Source of the DNA: an uncultured Thermococci archaeon
GTDB taxonomy: Archaea > CAYQAE01 > CAYVLA01
Length of the DNA: 64,000 nt
Reading direction: 5' to 3'
NCBI GenBank assembly: GCA_964549615.1
Contig: CAZJVP010000104.1
Location: forward strand, 57,919 to 121,918
Every line of letters starts with the position of its first letter. Within the stretch, counting starts at the first letter, position 1. A program made the position numbers and the translations under genes. Below are positions 18,047-27,596 of this stretch, piece after piece. The notes under the pieces were generated by a model. That model saw only the letters and a program-made list of their open reading frames with translations, was not told the origin of the DNA and searched no databases.

Positions 18047-19372
18047 TCGTAGTAGGAAAGTAGGAAAGTATAGGTTTCGAGGGTCTTGGGGTTAGAGGTG
18101 GGAGACGGAGGTAGTTGAGAAGGAGTGGAGGGTGATGGACAGGGTGGCAAGGAAGAGTTTAACGCTTCGACCATTGCTTGGTCGATGTGAGTATTAGCAT
18201 CAAAGAGATCTTCCTTGCCAACCGCCGGAACCGGCAAACCAAAGATGAATATCACTTCATGGTCAGGCCTGTTGAGAGAGAAGAAGTAGAAAGGATGCTC
18301 AAGTGCAAAGACACCCAGGGACACACAACATACGAATGCCCAAAGTCCGGATACATCACAACCATACCCTTCACCTGTAAGAGCCGCCTATGCGCTGTCT
18401 GTGGGAAGAAGCACACCGACGCATGGACTGACAAGGTCAGCAAAGAGCTCTTGGAAGTGACTCATCGACACATGGTCTTCACCATGCCGGACAAGCTCTG
18501 GCCCTACATGGAGCAGCACAGACACCTGCTCAAAGACGTGATGGACACCGTCAAGACAACGCTGGAGGCCGTGGTAAACCATAGGTGGAAAGCCCTCCAA
18601 GTAACGCCAGGGATAATCACGGTGCTCCACACCTACGGCAAGGACCTCAAGTTCAACCCCCCACATCCACGCCATAGTGACAGAGGGAGGACTGCGGGAG
18701 AAGGAAAGAGATCCCTGCAACAGGGAGAGGTGGGTGGATGTGAGCTTCTTTCCCTACGAGAAGCTTAGGGAGGTGTGGCAGTACCAGCTCCTTACAACGA
18801 TCAGGGATAAGCTTCCCTACGACAAGGAGCTTCACAGACTCCTGGACGAGCTCTACCGGGAGAAGGAGAACGGGTTCTACGTCTTTGCCAAGAGACGGAT
18901 CCAGGGAAAACAGAAGGAGTTCATCTGCAGATACGTGGCAAGGTACGTCCGGCATCCAGCTATAGCTGAGACCCGCATAGACAGCTACGACCCGGAGACA
19001 AGGATGGTGGAGTTCTGGTACAGACACGACGACGACACAGAGACGGTGAGCATGCATGTCCACGAGTTCATAGGCAAGCTGGTATCACACATACCGCCCA
19101 GGCAGTTCAAGACCATAAGGTACTACGGGCTGTATGCCAGGAACAAGAAGAAGATCCAGGACGTACTGATAGGGCTGAAGAGGTTCGCCAGAAAGCTCAG
19201 ACAACTAGGCCTACACCGCTACACCAGAACATGTCCATGGCAACCAAGCCTGGAACCCGTCTGTCCAGAGTGCGGAACCAGGATGAAGTTCGTATCCCTC
19301 TACCTACCCGGCCAAGGATACATCACACCAGAAGACAGCACCTAACCAGTTGCAGCGAAGCTGCTTTTCTTG
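18047..19372 (+). mobile_element. IS91-family (rolling-circle HUH/Y2) insertion sequence
   Basis: A-rich composition distinct from flanks; transposase inside; TTTTCTTG immediately before the left end and at the right end; hairpin GCAGC-GAA-GCTGC at 19352-19364. Ends are inferred. Confidence 0.75.
18178..19345 (+). pseudogene. IS91-family transposase, frameshifted in a C6 run (18657-18662)
   Basis: Zn-binding CKSRLCAVCG, HRHMVFTMP, LHTYGKDLKFNP[H-I-H], YVARY (Y2), IRYYGLY; one extra C breaks the HUH motif FNPHIH. Confidence 0.85.
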
Positions 19373-19394
19373 GCGCGAGGAGCTGAGCTAGTGT

Positions 19395-19406
19395 GAAATA
19401 TTTATC
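19395..19406 (+). promoter_or_regulatory. BRE+TATA promoter of the ehb operon
   Basis: GAAATATTTATC about 50 bp upstream of the first gene; SD GGAGGT precedes ATG 19458. Confidence 0.6.
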
Positions 19407-19457
19407 AAAGCGATCCCGAGTCTGCGCTCCAAGCGATGGAACCTTCGGAGGTCGCAG

Positions 19458-19769
19458 ATGTTCGCTTCCCGCGTGGCGTACGGTATTGCCTACCTCATCG
19501 ACATTGCTTGGAACATGCTGCTCTCGGCCTTGAATACGGCCAAGGTGTGTCTGAGCGGGAAGATCGCCGTCACCGTCATCGAGATCGACACCGTTCTAAC
19601 GAAGGAGGTTAGCCAGACCCTCCTTGCGAACAGCATAACGCTAACCCCCGGCACGATGACGATAGACATCGACCATGCGGCCCGCAGGCTTCGCGTCGCC
19701 GCTCTGACCCCGCGGCCGAAGGAGGCAATCATCCCCTTTGAGAAGTACATCAAGGGGATGCTGGAGTGA
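19458..19769 (+). CDS. ehbA: energy-converting hydrogenase B subunit A (MnhE-like)
   Basis: LLANSITLTPGTMTIDID, IIPFEKYIKGMLE; first gene of the operon. Confidence 0.85.
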   Translation: MFASRVAYGIAYLIDIAWNMLLSALNTAKVCLSGKIAVTVIEIDTVLTKEVSQTLLANSITLTPGTMTIDIDHAARRLRVAALTPRPKEAIIPFEKYIKGMLE

Positions 19770-19773
19770 TCGG

Positions 19774-20067
19774 ATGCCGTTCCTTCATGAGGTGGCGGCG
19801 TTCGTCTTCGACCTTGGGAAATACCTGCTTTTCATCGCGCTTTCCATCGCATTTCTGACGGGATCTCGCCTAGTTGCAAGAAAGGGATCCACGACCTCTC
19901 TTGTCGGAGCGAACGCAGCCACGATATCGCTGGGGACGGCGCTCATCCTTCTAGGCCGCGAGTTCGACATCGCCTATACCAGGGAGATCACCTTCGCCCT
20001 GATCCTATTCGGGGCCGTGGGCATCATCACCTTCGCTAGGATTCTTAGGGAGGGGACGATTCGTTGA
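19774..20067 (+). CDS. ehbB: Ehb subunit B (MnhF-like membrane subunit)
   Basis: 3 TM, GAVGIITFARIL; operon position. Confidence 0.75.
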   Translation: MPFLHEVAAFVFDLGKYLLFIALSIAFLTGSRLVARKGSTTSLVGANAATISLGTALILLGREFDIAYTREITFALILFGAVGIITFARILREGTIR

Positions 20068-20354
20068 GCGCGCTTGCGGCCACGATCGAACTCCTGCAGG
20101 GCTTGGTGATGATCGCTGGTTCGATCATGATCATGATATCTTGCGTTGGTCTTTGGAGGTTCAAGGATGACGTCGCGAACGTTCTCTACGGGAGGATACA
20201 CATTGTGGGCATCATCGATGTGACCTGCATCGCCGTGCTCTTGGTTCTGGACTACCCGCTGGTGGCGCTGACCTACTTCCTGCTCATGCCCGTGGTGGGC
20301 CACGCCGTCGGCAATGCGCGGTACTACATGGTCAAGGAGGCGAGGGAGGAATGA
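20064..20354 (+). CDS. ehbC: Ehb subunit C (MnhG-like)
   Basis: GLWRF...LYGRIHIVGIID, HAVGNARY. Confidence 0.8.
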   Translation: MSALAATIELLQGLVMIAGSIMIMISCVGLWRFKDDVANVLYGRIHIVGIIDVTCIAVLLVLDYPLVALTYFLLMPVVGHAVGNARYYMVKEAREE

Positions 20355-20608
20355 GCTTCCCATTTGCGGACCTGCCGGTGTACGCGCTTCTGATCGCATC
20401 CGTGTCGGTGGCGATCCTAGCGCTCTTGCCTAAGGATCTTTACAAAGCCGTGATCGTTGGCGGCGGGATTGAGGGGCTGTCCCTGGCTGTGCTGTATCAG
20501 AGGTTGCTCGCCCCCGACGTATCCATCACGCAGGCGATACTTGCATCGGCGCTTCTCCCCGCCCTGATGTTCATAGCCGTGTACAAGACTTGCCGGTGGG
20601 AGACTTGA
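20351..20608 (+). CDS. ehbD: Ehb subunit D (DUF4040/MbhD-like)
   Basis: KDLYKAVI, LLAPDVSITQAI. Confidence 0.8.
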   Translation: MSFPFADLPVYALLIASVSVAILALLPKDLYKAVIVGGGIEGLSLAVLYQRLLAPDVSITQAILASALLPALMFIAVYKTCRWET

Positions 20609-21027
20609 GCCTCCTCAACATCCAGGTCGCATCGTTCATTGGCTCGGTGAGCCTGATCCTGATAGGGCTCGTGGCGATCCTGTTCATAGACAATCTGATC
20701 AAGAAAGTCCTCGGGATGATGTTCCTGACGGACGGAGTGAACCTGTTCTTGGTCACCCTGGGATACAGGCTCGATGTGCCGGGAGGGGCGATCGTCCCGA
20801 TATTCACCGAGGCCTTCTACAGGGCCGAGAATGCATCCATGCAGGTTGCGGCGACGGACTTTGCAGGCAAGGCCAGTTTCTGCCTGCCGTATGCCCTGGT
20901 GCTGACGAACATCGTCATCGGAGCCGCGACCACGGCGGTCGTCCTAGGCCTCATCATCAAGCTGTACCAGAAGCACAGAAGCCTGAACGCGTCCGAGGTG
21001 CTTGGTGAGGTGGTGGAGCATGGCTAG
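20605..21027 (+). CDS. ehbE: Ehb subunit E (MnhC/NuoK-like)
   Basis: NLIKKV...DGVNLFLVTLGY, LPYALVLTNIVIG. Start placed at TTG 20605. Confidence 0.85.
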   Translation: MSLLNIQVASFIGSVSLILIGLVAILFIDNLIKKVLGMMFLTDGVNLFLVTLGYRLDVPGGAIVPIFTEAFYRAENASMQVAATDFAGKASFCLPYALVLTNIVIGAATTAVVLGLIIKLYQKHRSLNASEVLGEVVEHG

Positions 21028-22558
21028 CCCGCTCTTCTCGACCAAGGAACTCGTGCCCCTCTTCGTGGTGATCCCGATCCTAGCCGCGGTTCTTTCGAAC
21101 TTCCTTTACAAGAGGAGCAGGGCGGTCAAGGTCTTGGCCGGATGCGTGATGCTCGTTCTGGTTCTGTTGCCCTTCTTCACGTCCTTCCAGAGCAACTACT
21201 ACGTCTACGGGGCCCACCCGCAGGTGAACTACGTTCTCAAGGAGGGTGTGGCCATGGCCTTCAACCTCGGGATCGCATACCAGTACACTCAGCTGCAGAT
21301 GGTTCTGTTGATGGCGTTCACCCTGATGTCGGCGCTCAGCGTGGGCGTCGCATTCGTCATGCACGACCGCGTCTCGGGGGTGTATATCTTCCTAATCCTC
21401 ATGGCGATATCAAGTGCCTGTGCGGTTTGCTTGGTCGACGACGTATTCAACATGTTCGTCTTCTTCGAGATATGCACGGTGGCTCAAGCGGGGATAGTGG
21501 CTTGGCTGAGTGAGGGGAATGCCTTCAGGACGTCGCTTAAGTACATGCTTCTTGGCTCGGTTGCTGGTGGGATGCTTCTCCTGGGGATAGCCTTCCTGCT
21601 GGGATCAACGGGCGTCCTGAACGTATCGGATATGTTTGAGTACTTCTCAACCACGGCTACGAGGCGCGATGCCCCGATCGTCTTCATGGGACTAGCCCTG
21701 CTCATCTTCGCATGGTGCTACGGAGGCGGTCTGCCGCCCTTCCACACCATCAAGTCCGAACTGTACTCCAGGGCTTCGGCCGAGGCGGGCGCCGTGCTGC
21801 AAGCCATCTCCAAGGTCCTGTTGATCTCCGTGGGCGTGATAGTTGCCCGGCTATTCTTCTGGCAGGACGTTACCTGGCAGTCGATGATGATACTGTCGAC
21901 GTTCGGCATGATGATCGGCGGCGCGATGGCCATGGTGCAGAACGACTATAGGAGGCTCATAGCGTATGTGGCGGTCAACCAGGCGGGAATCGTGGGAATA
22001 GGGCTTTCCTTCTTCCGAAGGCTGCCGCAGTATGGGACGATGGGGCCGTTGTACCTCTGGGGCCACGAAGGCATGGCCTACGGGATCTTCCACGGGTTCA
22101 ACGAGATCATAGTCACATCGGCGCTTTTCATCAGCGCGGCGGTGTTGCTGCGTACATTCGGGCACACCGATATGACCAAGCTATGCGGCATGTTGCAGCG
22201 CAACAAGGAGTTTGCCTTGTTGACCCTGATCTCTATGCTGGCGGTGTCGGGCATGCCGCCTCTGAACTGCTTCCAGAGCGAGTGGCGGCTCATACAGTTC
22301 GCATTCTCCCACGGGTTCACAACGATAGGCTTGCTCATGGTCGTGAGCACGGTGATGGTCTTTTACGCCCTCGCGAAAGCCTTCGTGCTGGTGTTCCTCC
22401 GTCCCGGCCCTGCTGAACAGGCGAAGCCCCTTCAGATCCCATTTGCAATGACCCTCGCCCTCATGGTGGCAGTTGTCCTTGAGGTGTTCTTCGGCCTGTT
22501 CCCAGACGTGGCCCTTGACCCCATCTCAGCAGGACTCACAGCACTGTTCGGAGGTTGA
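21020..22558 (+). CDS. ehbF: Ehb subunit F (MnhD/NuoM-like antiporter-type ion pump)
   Basis: DDVFNMFVFFEI, SLKYMLLGS, GLPPFH, GMPPLN; many TM segments. Confidence 0.9.
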   Translation: MASPLFSTKELVPLFVVIPILAAVLSNFLYKRSRAVKVLAGCVMLVLVLLPFFTSFQSNYYVYGAHPQVNYVLKEGVAMAFNLGIAYQYTQLQMVLLMAFTLMSALSVGVAFVMHDRVSGVYIFLILMAISSACAVCLVDDVFNMFVFFEICTVAQAGIVAWLSEGNAFRTSLKYMLLGSVAGGMLLLGIAFLLGSTGVLNVSDMFEYFSTTATRRDAPIVFMGLALLIFAWCYGGGLPPFHTIKSELYSRASAEAGAVLQAISKVLLISVGVIVARLFFWQDVTWQSMMILSTFGMMIGGAMAMVQNDYRRLIAYVAVNQAGIVGIGLSFFRRLPQYGTMGPLYLWGHEGMAYGIFHGFNEIIVTSALFISAAVLLRTFGHTDMTKLCGMLQRNKEFALLTLISMLAVSGMPPLNCFQSEWRLIQFAFSHGFTTIGLLMVVSTVMVFYALAKAFVLVFLRPGPAEQAKPLQIPFAMTLALMVAVVLEVFFGLFPDVALDPISAGLTALFGG

Positions 22559-22562
22559 TGTC

Positions 22563-22901
22563 TTGTCAAGGATCGACGACATATTCGATGAGGTTCTCAG
22601 GCTGTCGGCGCAGGTGAAGGAGGGCTCCGGGACCAAGGAGAAGAGCTACGTCGTTGGATCCTTCCTGGGCATAGAGGTACCAATCATCCTTTTCATCATG
22701 GCGCTTTTCTCGTTGGTCAATCTGGGCCTCGCGATTGCCCTCATGGGCATGGCGCTTGCGGTGCTTCTTTTGGTCAGCAACCTCCCCGCGGGCGTCAAGG
22801 TTAGAGTCGAGTCGAGCGATGATTTCGGGTCCATGGCCCTCTACGTCATGGTTGTGTTGTTTGCCTTGGCGATTCTCATAGCATGGTCGTGGTCGGGATG
22901 A
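22563..22901 (+). CDS. ehbG: Ehb subunit G-like membrane protein
   Basis: 3 TM segments; TTG after SD GGAGGT; position between F and H. Confidence 0.65.
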   Translation: MSRIDDIFDEVLRLSAQVKEGSGTKEKSYVVGSFLGIEVPIILFIMALFSLVNLGLAIALMGMALAVLLLVSNLPAGVKVRVESSDDFGSMALYVMVVLFALAILIAWSWSG

Positions 22902-23743
22902 AAGCGGGCGGCGCAAGGTCACTGGTGATCCTCATCCTCGTGGCGGGATTCGGAGGCGTCCTCTTCAGGGAAGCCCTGCGTCTTGGGGAGATCGCCTCGA
23001 CGACGGGCCTGACCATGTACGTGGCCAGAATGTACAACTACCTCGGCCCTTTGATCGCGCCCAACCAGATCACCGTGGTACTCTTCGACTGGAGGGGCTT
23101 TGACACCCTCGGGGAGTGCATGGTTCTCGTCACGGGGGTGATCGTCACCGCGATGCTCTTCGGCAGGGGGGCGATGTCCAAGACGAAGGAGGTCTTGGAG
23201 GAGTTCGCGGGCAGCTTGGAGAGAGCCCACGACTCCGTCGTGTTGGGGCTCTTCGGATACCCCGTGATCATAGCCATCATCGCGTACGGCATCGTCATCA
23301 TGCTCGGGGGCCACATCACCCCCGGGGGAGGCTTCCAAGGCGGGTCGATAGTCGCGACGGGATATCTGCTGGGCGTCATGGGCTACGGGTTGAAGCGCAA
23401 CCCCCTGCGGCTGAGGCATATGGGTCTGTCTTCCTTCGAGACGGCTGGCGCCCTGACCTTCCTTGTCTTGGGCTTGCTCGGTCTGGCCACCACAGGGTTC
23501 TATCTGTACAACACTGGGTCCAACCTCGGTTACATGGAGTTGCTGGAGCCGAACTCCATGGTGAAGACCTACTACAGCCCGAGCGACTCTGGCTTGGCTG
23601 CCGAGCTGAACTACCCGGAACTGCCCGACAGGCCCTATAAGGGGCCTGGCATTCTGCCCTTCCTCAACATTGCCGTATTCCTCAAGGTCCTAGGCGGATT
23701 ATCGACGCTAGTTTTGGTTCTCACGGAGGCGAAGAAAGCATGA
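22898..23743 (+). CDS. fused Ehb subunits H+I (MnhB-like)
   Basis: PNQITVVLFDWRGFDTLGE (H/MbhE-like) and GGHITPGGGFQGG (I/MbhF-like) in one ORF. Confidence 0.85.
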   Translation: MKAGGARSLVILILVAGFGGVLFREALRLGEIASTTGLTMYVARMYNYLGPLIAPNQITVVLFDWRGFDTLGECMVLVTGVIVTAMLFGRGAMSKTKEVLEEFAGSLERAHDSVVLGLFGYPVIIAIIAYGIVIMLGGHITPGGGFQGGSIVATGYLLGVMGYGLKRNPLRLRHMGLSSFETAGALTFLVLGLLGLATTGFYLYNTGSNLGYMELLEPNSMVKTYYSPSDSGLAAELNYPELPDRPYKGPGILPFLNIAVFLKVLGGLSTLVLVLTEAKKA

Positions 23744-24045
23744 GCTTGGCGATACCGCTGGGGGAAATGATCTTCGCCATCATATCCGGTTTTGTGCTGG
23801 GATCGCGGCTGCGAGCCTTTCCGGGCGAGGGCAGGGTCCGCATTGGATACGTCTTCGGCATTGCGGGAGCCACACTGTTGTACGGCGCCTACGACTTCTA
23901 TTACTACCGGATCGGGGGCATCGTGCTGAGGAGGACATGGTACTCACCGGGCCTCTCAGGGGCCTTCCTGTTCGGGATGATCGGAATCATTCTCGGACGG
24001 GAGCTGATTGGGCGCAGGCGGAGCTCCAAAGGAGATGAACCCTAG
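23740..24045 (+). CDS. ehbJ: Ehb subunit J-like membrane protein
   Basis: GFVLGSR...FYYY...GIILGR; position before the polyferredoxin. Confidence 0.7.
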   Translation: MSLAIPLGEMIFAIISGFVLGSRLRAFPGEGRVRIGYVFGIAGATLLYGAYDFYYYRIGGIVLRRTWYSPGLSGAFLFGMIGIILGRELIGRRRSSKGDEP

Positions 24046-25418
24046 TGTTCGTTACAACCTCCGAGTGCAACAAGTGCGGAGACTGCATAAGGGAGTGCCC
24101 AACCAAGGCCATCATGGAGATCGGGGGCCGGGTCGTCAGCTGCATCACGTGTGGGATGTGCGCCGACATATGTCCCACGAAAGCCATCACGATGAACAAG
24201 TACGGAGGCTTCGTCCTCAACAGGGCGAAATGCACCAAGTGCGGCCTTTGCAGGGCGATCTGTCCCATGAACATAATCCGCATGGAGCCTTATCCGGTCG
24301 GCATCTGCGCCCGGTGCGGAAAATGCGTCGATGTGTGTCCCGTGAACGCCAGGCTCGATGGGGGGGCCTTCCTGAAGTTTAGGAAGAAGGAGCTGGTGGA
24401 GAGACTTCTCGGCCTTGCCTACATAGAGAAAACTGCGCAGGAAACGATGCTTGATCTTGAGAGGGCTAAGAAGCCGCAGCAGGAGCTCTCCAAGCGCAGC
24501 ATCAAGATCGACCTTGAGAAGTGCATACGATGCCGGCGGTGTGAGATGACCTGTCCCGCGTCCGCCATAAAATTGGAGATCCAGACCGAGGGATGCACTC
24601 GCTGTGGGCGGTGCGTAGAGGTCTGCCCGTTCGAGGCAGTCGACCTCGAGAACTACGAGATGCTGAAGCGCTGCACCAGGTGTCTGAAGTGCGTGCCCGA
24701 GTGTCCGCAGCGAGCCATCTACGTTGACAAGGGCGAGGTCAAGATCAAGCGTCCGCAGGGTGAGATCAAGGGCACGATCACATGGTGTGCCAACTGCGGC
24801 ATATGTGAACTGAACTGTCCGACGAAGGCCATCTACAAGGATCGTGGCAAGTACCTCAACGACCCCAGCCTGTGCATCCGCTGTGGGAGATGCGTCCAAG
24901 TCTGCCCGATGAAGGTCAGGGTCGAGAAGGACGGGATATTCAAGGGAACCTGTATCTTGTGCGGGAAGTGCATCAAGGAGTGCCCGGTGGGCGCAATATC
25001 CTGGGCCAAGGTGAGCTGGGACGGGAAGGTCACGGAGGCATGCACGAAGTGCGGCACATGCACCCAGGTCTGTCCGACCGAGGCGATCAGCCTGCTGCCC
25101 GGCGGCAACGTCGAGGTCGACATGGGGAAGTGCATAATGTGTGAGACCTGCGCGTCCTACTGCCCCTACGACGCCATACCCATTCTGGTTTCCCAGCCGA
25201 AGAAGAAGGTGGCGGAGGGGATCACGCGCATCGACAAGGACATCTGCGTTAGGTGCATGCTGTGCGTCAAGATATGTCCCCACAAAGCCATAGACGGTGA
25301 CATCAACGTCGATCCCGAGAAGTGCGTGCATTGCGGTGCATGCGCACACATATGCCCTGTGAACGCGATCAAAGTCTGGAGAAAGTTCGACAACGGAGTG
25401 GAGCTTGGGGAGAGGTGA
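24045..25418 (+). CDS. ehbK: polyferredoxin, Ehb subunit K
   Basis: 14 CxxCxxCxxxCP motifs counted. Confidence 0.92.
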   Translation: MFVTTSECNKCGDCIRECPTKAIMEIGGRVVSCITCGMCADICPTKAITMNKYGGFVLNRAKCTKCGLCRAICPMNIIRMEPYPVGICARCGKCVDVCPVNARLDGGAFLKFRKKELVERLLGLAYIEKTAQETMLDLERAKKPQQELSKRSIKIDLEKCIRCRRCEMTCPASAIKLEIQTEGCTRCGRCVEVCPFEAVDLENYEMLKRCTRCLKCVPECPQRAIYVDKGEVKIKRPQGEIKGTITWCANCGICELNCPTKAIYKDRGKYLNDPSLCIRCGRCVQVCPMKVRVEKDGIFKGTCILCGKCIKECPVGAISWAKVSWDGKVTEACTKCGTCTQVCPTEAISLLPGGNVEVDMGKCIMCETCASYCPYDAIPILVSQPKKKVAEGITRIDKDICVRCMLCVKICPHKAIDGDINVDPEKCVHCGACAHICPVNAIKVWRKFDNGVELGER

Positions 25419-25425
25419 TGCTGTC

Positions 25426-25941
25426 ATGTCATTAGGGGGTTTCCTCAGGGTCATAGCGTACGGGATTTACACCAATGCCTCGAGGATCCTTTTCAGGTAC
25501 GACCGAGTGACGAGCAGAGAGCTCCGGAATTCCGTACTCACGGGGTCCGTTAAGGCGCTTACCAGCGAGAACAGAGTGGGCTGCCTGGGATGCGGGGCGT
25601 GCGCGAACATCTGCCCGATGAAGTGCATCAGGATGGTTCCCATAGAAAGCCCGGTGGAGATCATCCCGGGCTTCGTGAAGAGAAGCGTCCCCGAGATCGA
25701 TCACATGAAGTGCATATACTGTTTCCAGTGTCACGACAACTGCCCGATAACCGCGCTTTTCGGCCTCCCGGCAACGATCCATCCTCGCGAGGTAGCCAAC
25801 CCCCTCGACATCGAGGCGATGACCAAGGACCCCACGCAGCTTCTGAAGAGTCCGCTGAAGATACCGGAGGACAAGATCGTGGAGATCGAGAAGCTACTGG
25901 CCGACGAGGCGAGCGAGCTATTGAGGAGGAGGAAACCGTGA
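25426..25941 (+). CDS. ehbL: Ehb subunit L (NuoI-like 2x[4Fe-4S])
   Basis: [29 protein letters not shown]. Confidence 0.88.
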   Translation: MSLGGFLRVIAYGIYTNASRILFRYDRVTSRELRNSVLTGSVKALTSENRVGCLGCGACANICPMKCIRMVPIESPVEIIPGFVKRSVPEIDHMKCIYCFQCHDNCPITALFGLPATIHPREVANPLDIEAMTKDPTQLLKSPLKIPEDKIVEIEKLLADEASELLRRRKP

Positions 25942-26384
25942 AGGCTCTGGCAAGGAAGCGTGCCATCCACGTGATGCTCGTGTACACGGGCGGGTGCAAC
26001 GGATGCGACATAGAGGTTGTGGCCGCGGTCTACTCCCCCATCCATGACTTGGAGCAGTACAACGTCATGCTAACCTGGAATCCGAGGGAGGCCGACATCC
26101 TTCTGGTCACGGGGCCAGTTACCAAGAAGATCGCCCCAGCGCTGAAGGCGATATATGATGCCATACCGGAGCCCAAGGTCGTCGCGGCCGTCGGGGCGTG
26201 CGCGATAAACGGCAATGTCTACAAGAACCTCGGGGGCGATCTCGGGCCAAGCACGGAGATCGCAGGTCCGGTCGAGAACATCATCCCCGTGGATGCGAGG
26301 GTTCCGGGCTGCCCGCCCAGGCCCGAGGACATCATTGCGGCAGCAGCGGCCGCGATCAAGATCCTATCGGGGAGGTCGGACTGA
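25938..26384 (+). CDS. ehbM: [NiFe]-hydrogenase small subunit, Ehb subunit M
   Basis: [39 protein letters not shown]; GTG start overlaps the ehbL stop. Confidence 0.93.
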   Translation: MKALARKRAIHVMLVYTGGCNGCDIEVVAAVYSPIHDLEQYNVMLTWNPREADILLVTGPVTKKIAPALKAIYDAIPEPKVVAAVGACAINGNVYKNLGGDLGPSTEIAGPVENIIPVDARVPGCPPRPEDIIAAAAAAIKILSGRSD

Positions 26385-27596
26385 TGTCAGCGGAGGATAA
26401 TGATTACTCCGAGTTCATGGGGAAGGGCAAGGCTAGGGAGAGGACGTTCGACGGAGATACCGATAGGCTTCGTCCACTCGGCCCTCCTCGAACCTTACAG
26501 GACGCGCTACTTCGTCGAGGACGAGATCGTCAAGGACTGCGAGATAGAGATGGACCCGGCATACAGGGGGATCGAAAGGATCCTCGAGGGGATGCCGGTG
26601 GACAGGGCAAACATCATAACGGAGAGGATCTGCGGCATCTGCAGCAACGGGCATCTCTGGAACTCGGTTAGGACCGCCGAGGCGGGTTTGAACATAGAGA
26701 TCCCAAAGGCTGCCCAAGCGATAAGGGTCTTGGCCGAGGAGCTAGAGAGGATCCACAGCCACCTGATATTCATAGCCCATGCCTGCGAGGTCCTAGGACA
26801 TGAGACCTTTGCCTACAGGAGCTTCCTGATGCGAGAGCCGGTCATGCAGATACTGTACATGATATCGGGCAACAGGGTGAACTACGCAATACCCGTGCTG
26901 GGAGGGGTGAGGCCCCGGACGCAGATCGCCCAATGGAAGGGGAAGGCAATTCTGGAGGCAATGGACAAGCTGGACGCCAATTTGAAGAAGTTCATCGAAA
27001 GGTTCTTGGCTGACATAATGGTGATGTCAAGGCTCAAAGGGGTGGGCGTCTGCGACAAACGCACCGCGATCAAGTACCATGCCGTCGGCCCCACCGCCCG
27101 GGCATCCGGCATCGACTTCGACTGGCGCATCAAGATGCCGGAGTACAAGGACTTCGATTGGGACATGGTGGTGTTGGACGAGGGCGATAACGCGGCGAGG
27201 GTCAAGACACGTGCGCTGGAATGCTTGGTATCGGCACGGATTGCAAGACAGGCGGTGGAGAAGGCGATGGGCGACTCCGACGTGCTGAACCGGGACTGGC
27301 AACTCGGCTCGATGGCCATCCAGCACAGCTACATCGAGGTCCCGAGGGGCGAGCTGTACCATTCCTACCGGCTGGATGACCAGGGCAGGATAAGGCACTA
27401 CATAGTCAGGACGCCGACCGTGACGAACCTTGCCACCATGGAGGTTGTGTGCGTGGGCGATCAGCTCACGGACGCCGTCGTAACGTTGGCGACCTGCGAC
27501 CCTTGCCTGACCTGCTGCAATCGATTTGTCGTAATTGACGAGAGGGGAAGGGAGAGGTCGATGACCTTGCAGGACCTGAGGAGGGGTGGATCGTGA
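26384..27596 (+). CDS. ehbN: [NiFe]-hydrogenase large subunit, Ehb subunit N (probable frameshift near 26450; open frame is 26400-27596)
   Basis: L1 ERICGICSNGH, L2 DPCLTC followed by a C-terminal extension, EVPRGE, RTPT. Confidence 0.92.

Noticed and set aside
18039-19372. TTTTCTTG at both IS ends read as a classical 8-bp target-site duplication
   Set aside because: The transposase is HUH/Y2 type, which does not make target duplications; similarity between target and terminus is the simpler explanation. Not fully excluded without an empty site.
24042-25454. 470-aa antisense ORF over ehbK, and similar long shadow ORFs such as 2078-3010, 33734-34570, 41189-41977 and 49872-50690
   Set aside because: Typical antisense or alternate-frame ORFs of GC-rich coding DNA opposite well-supported genes.
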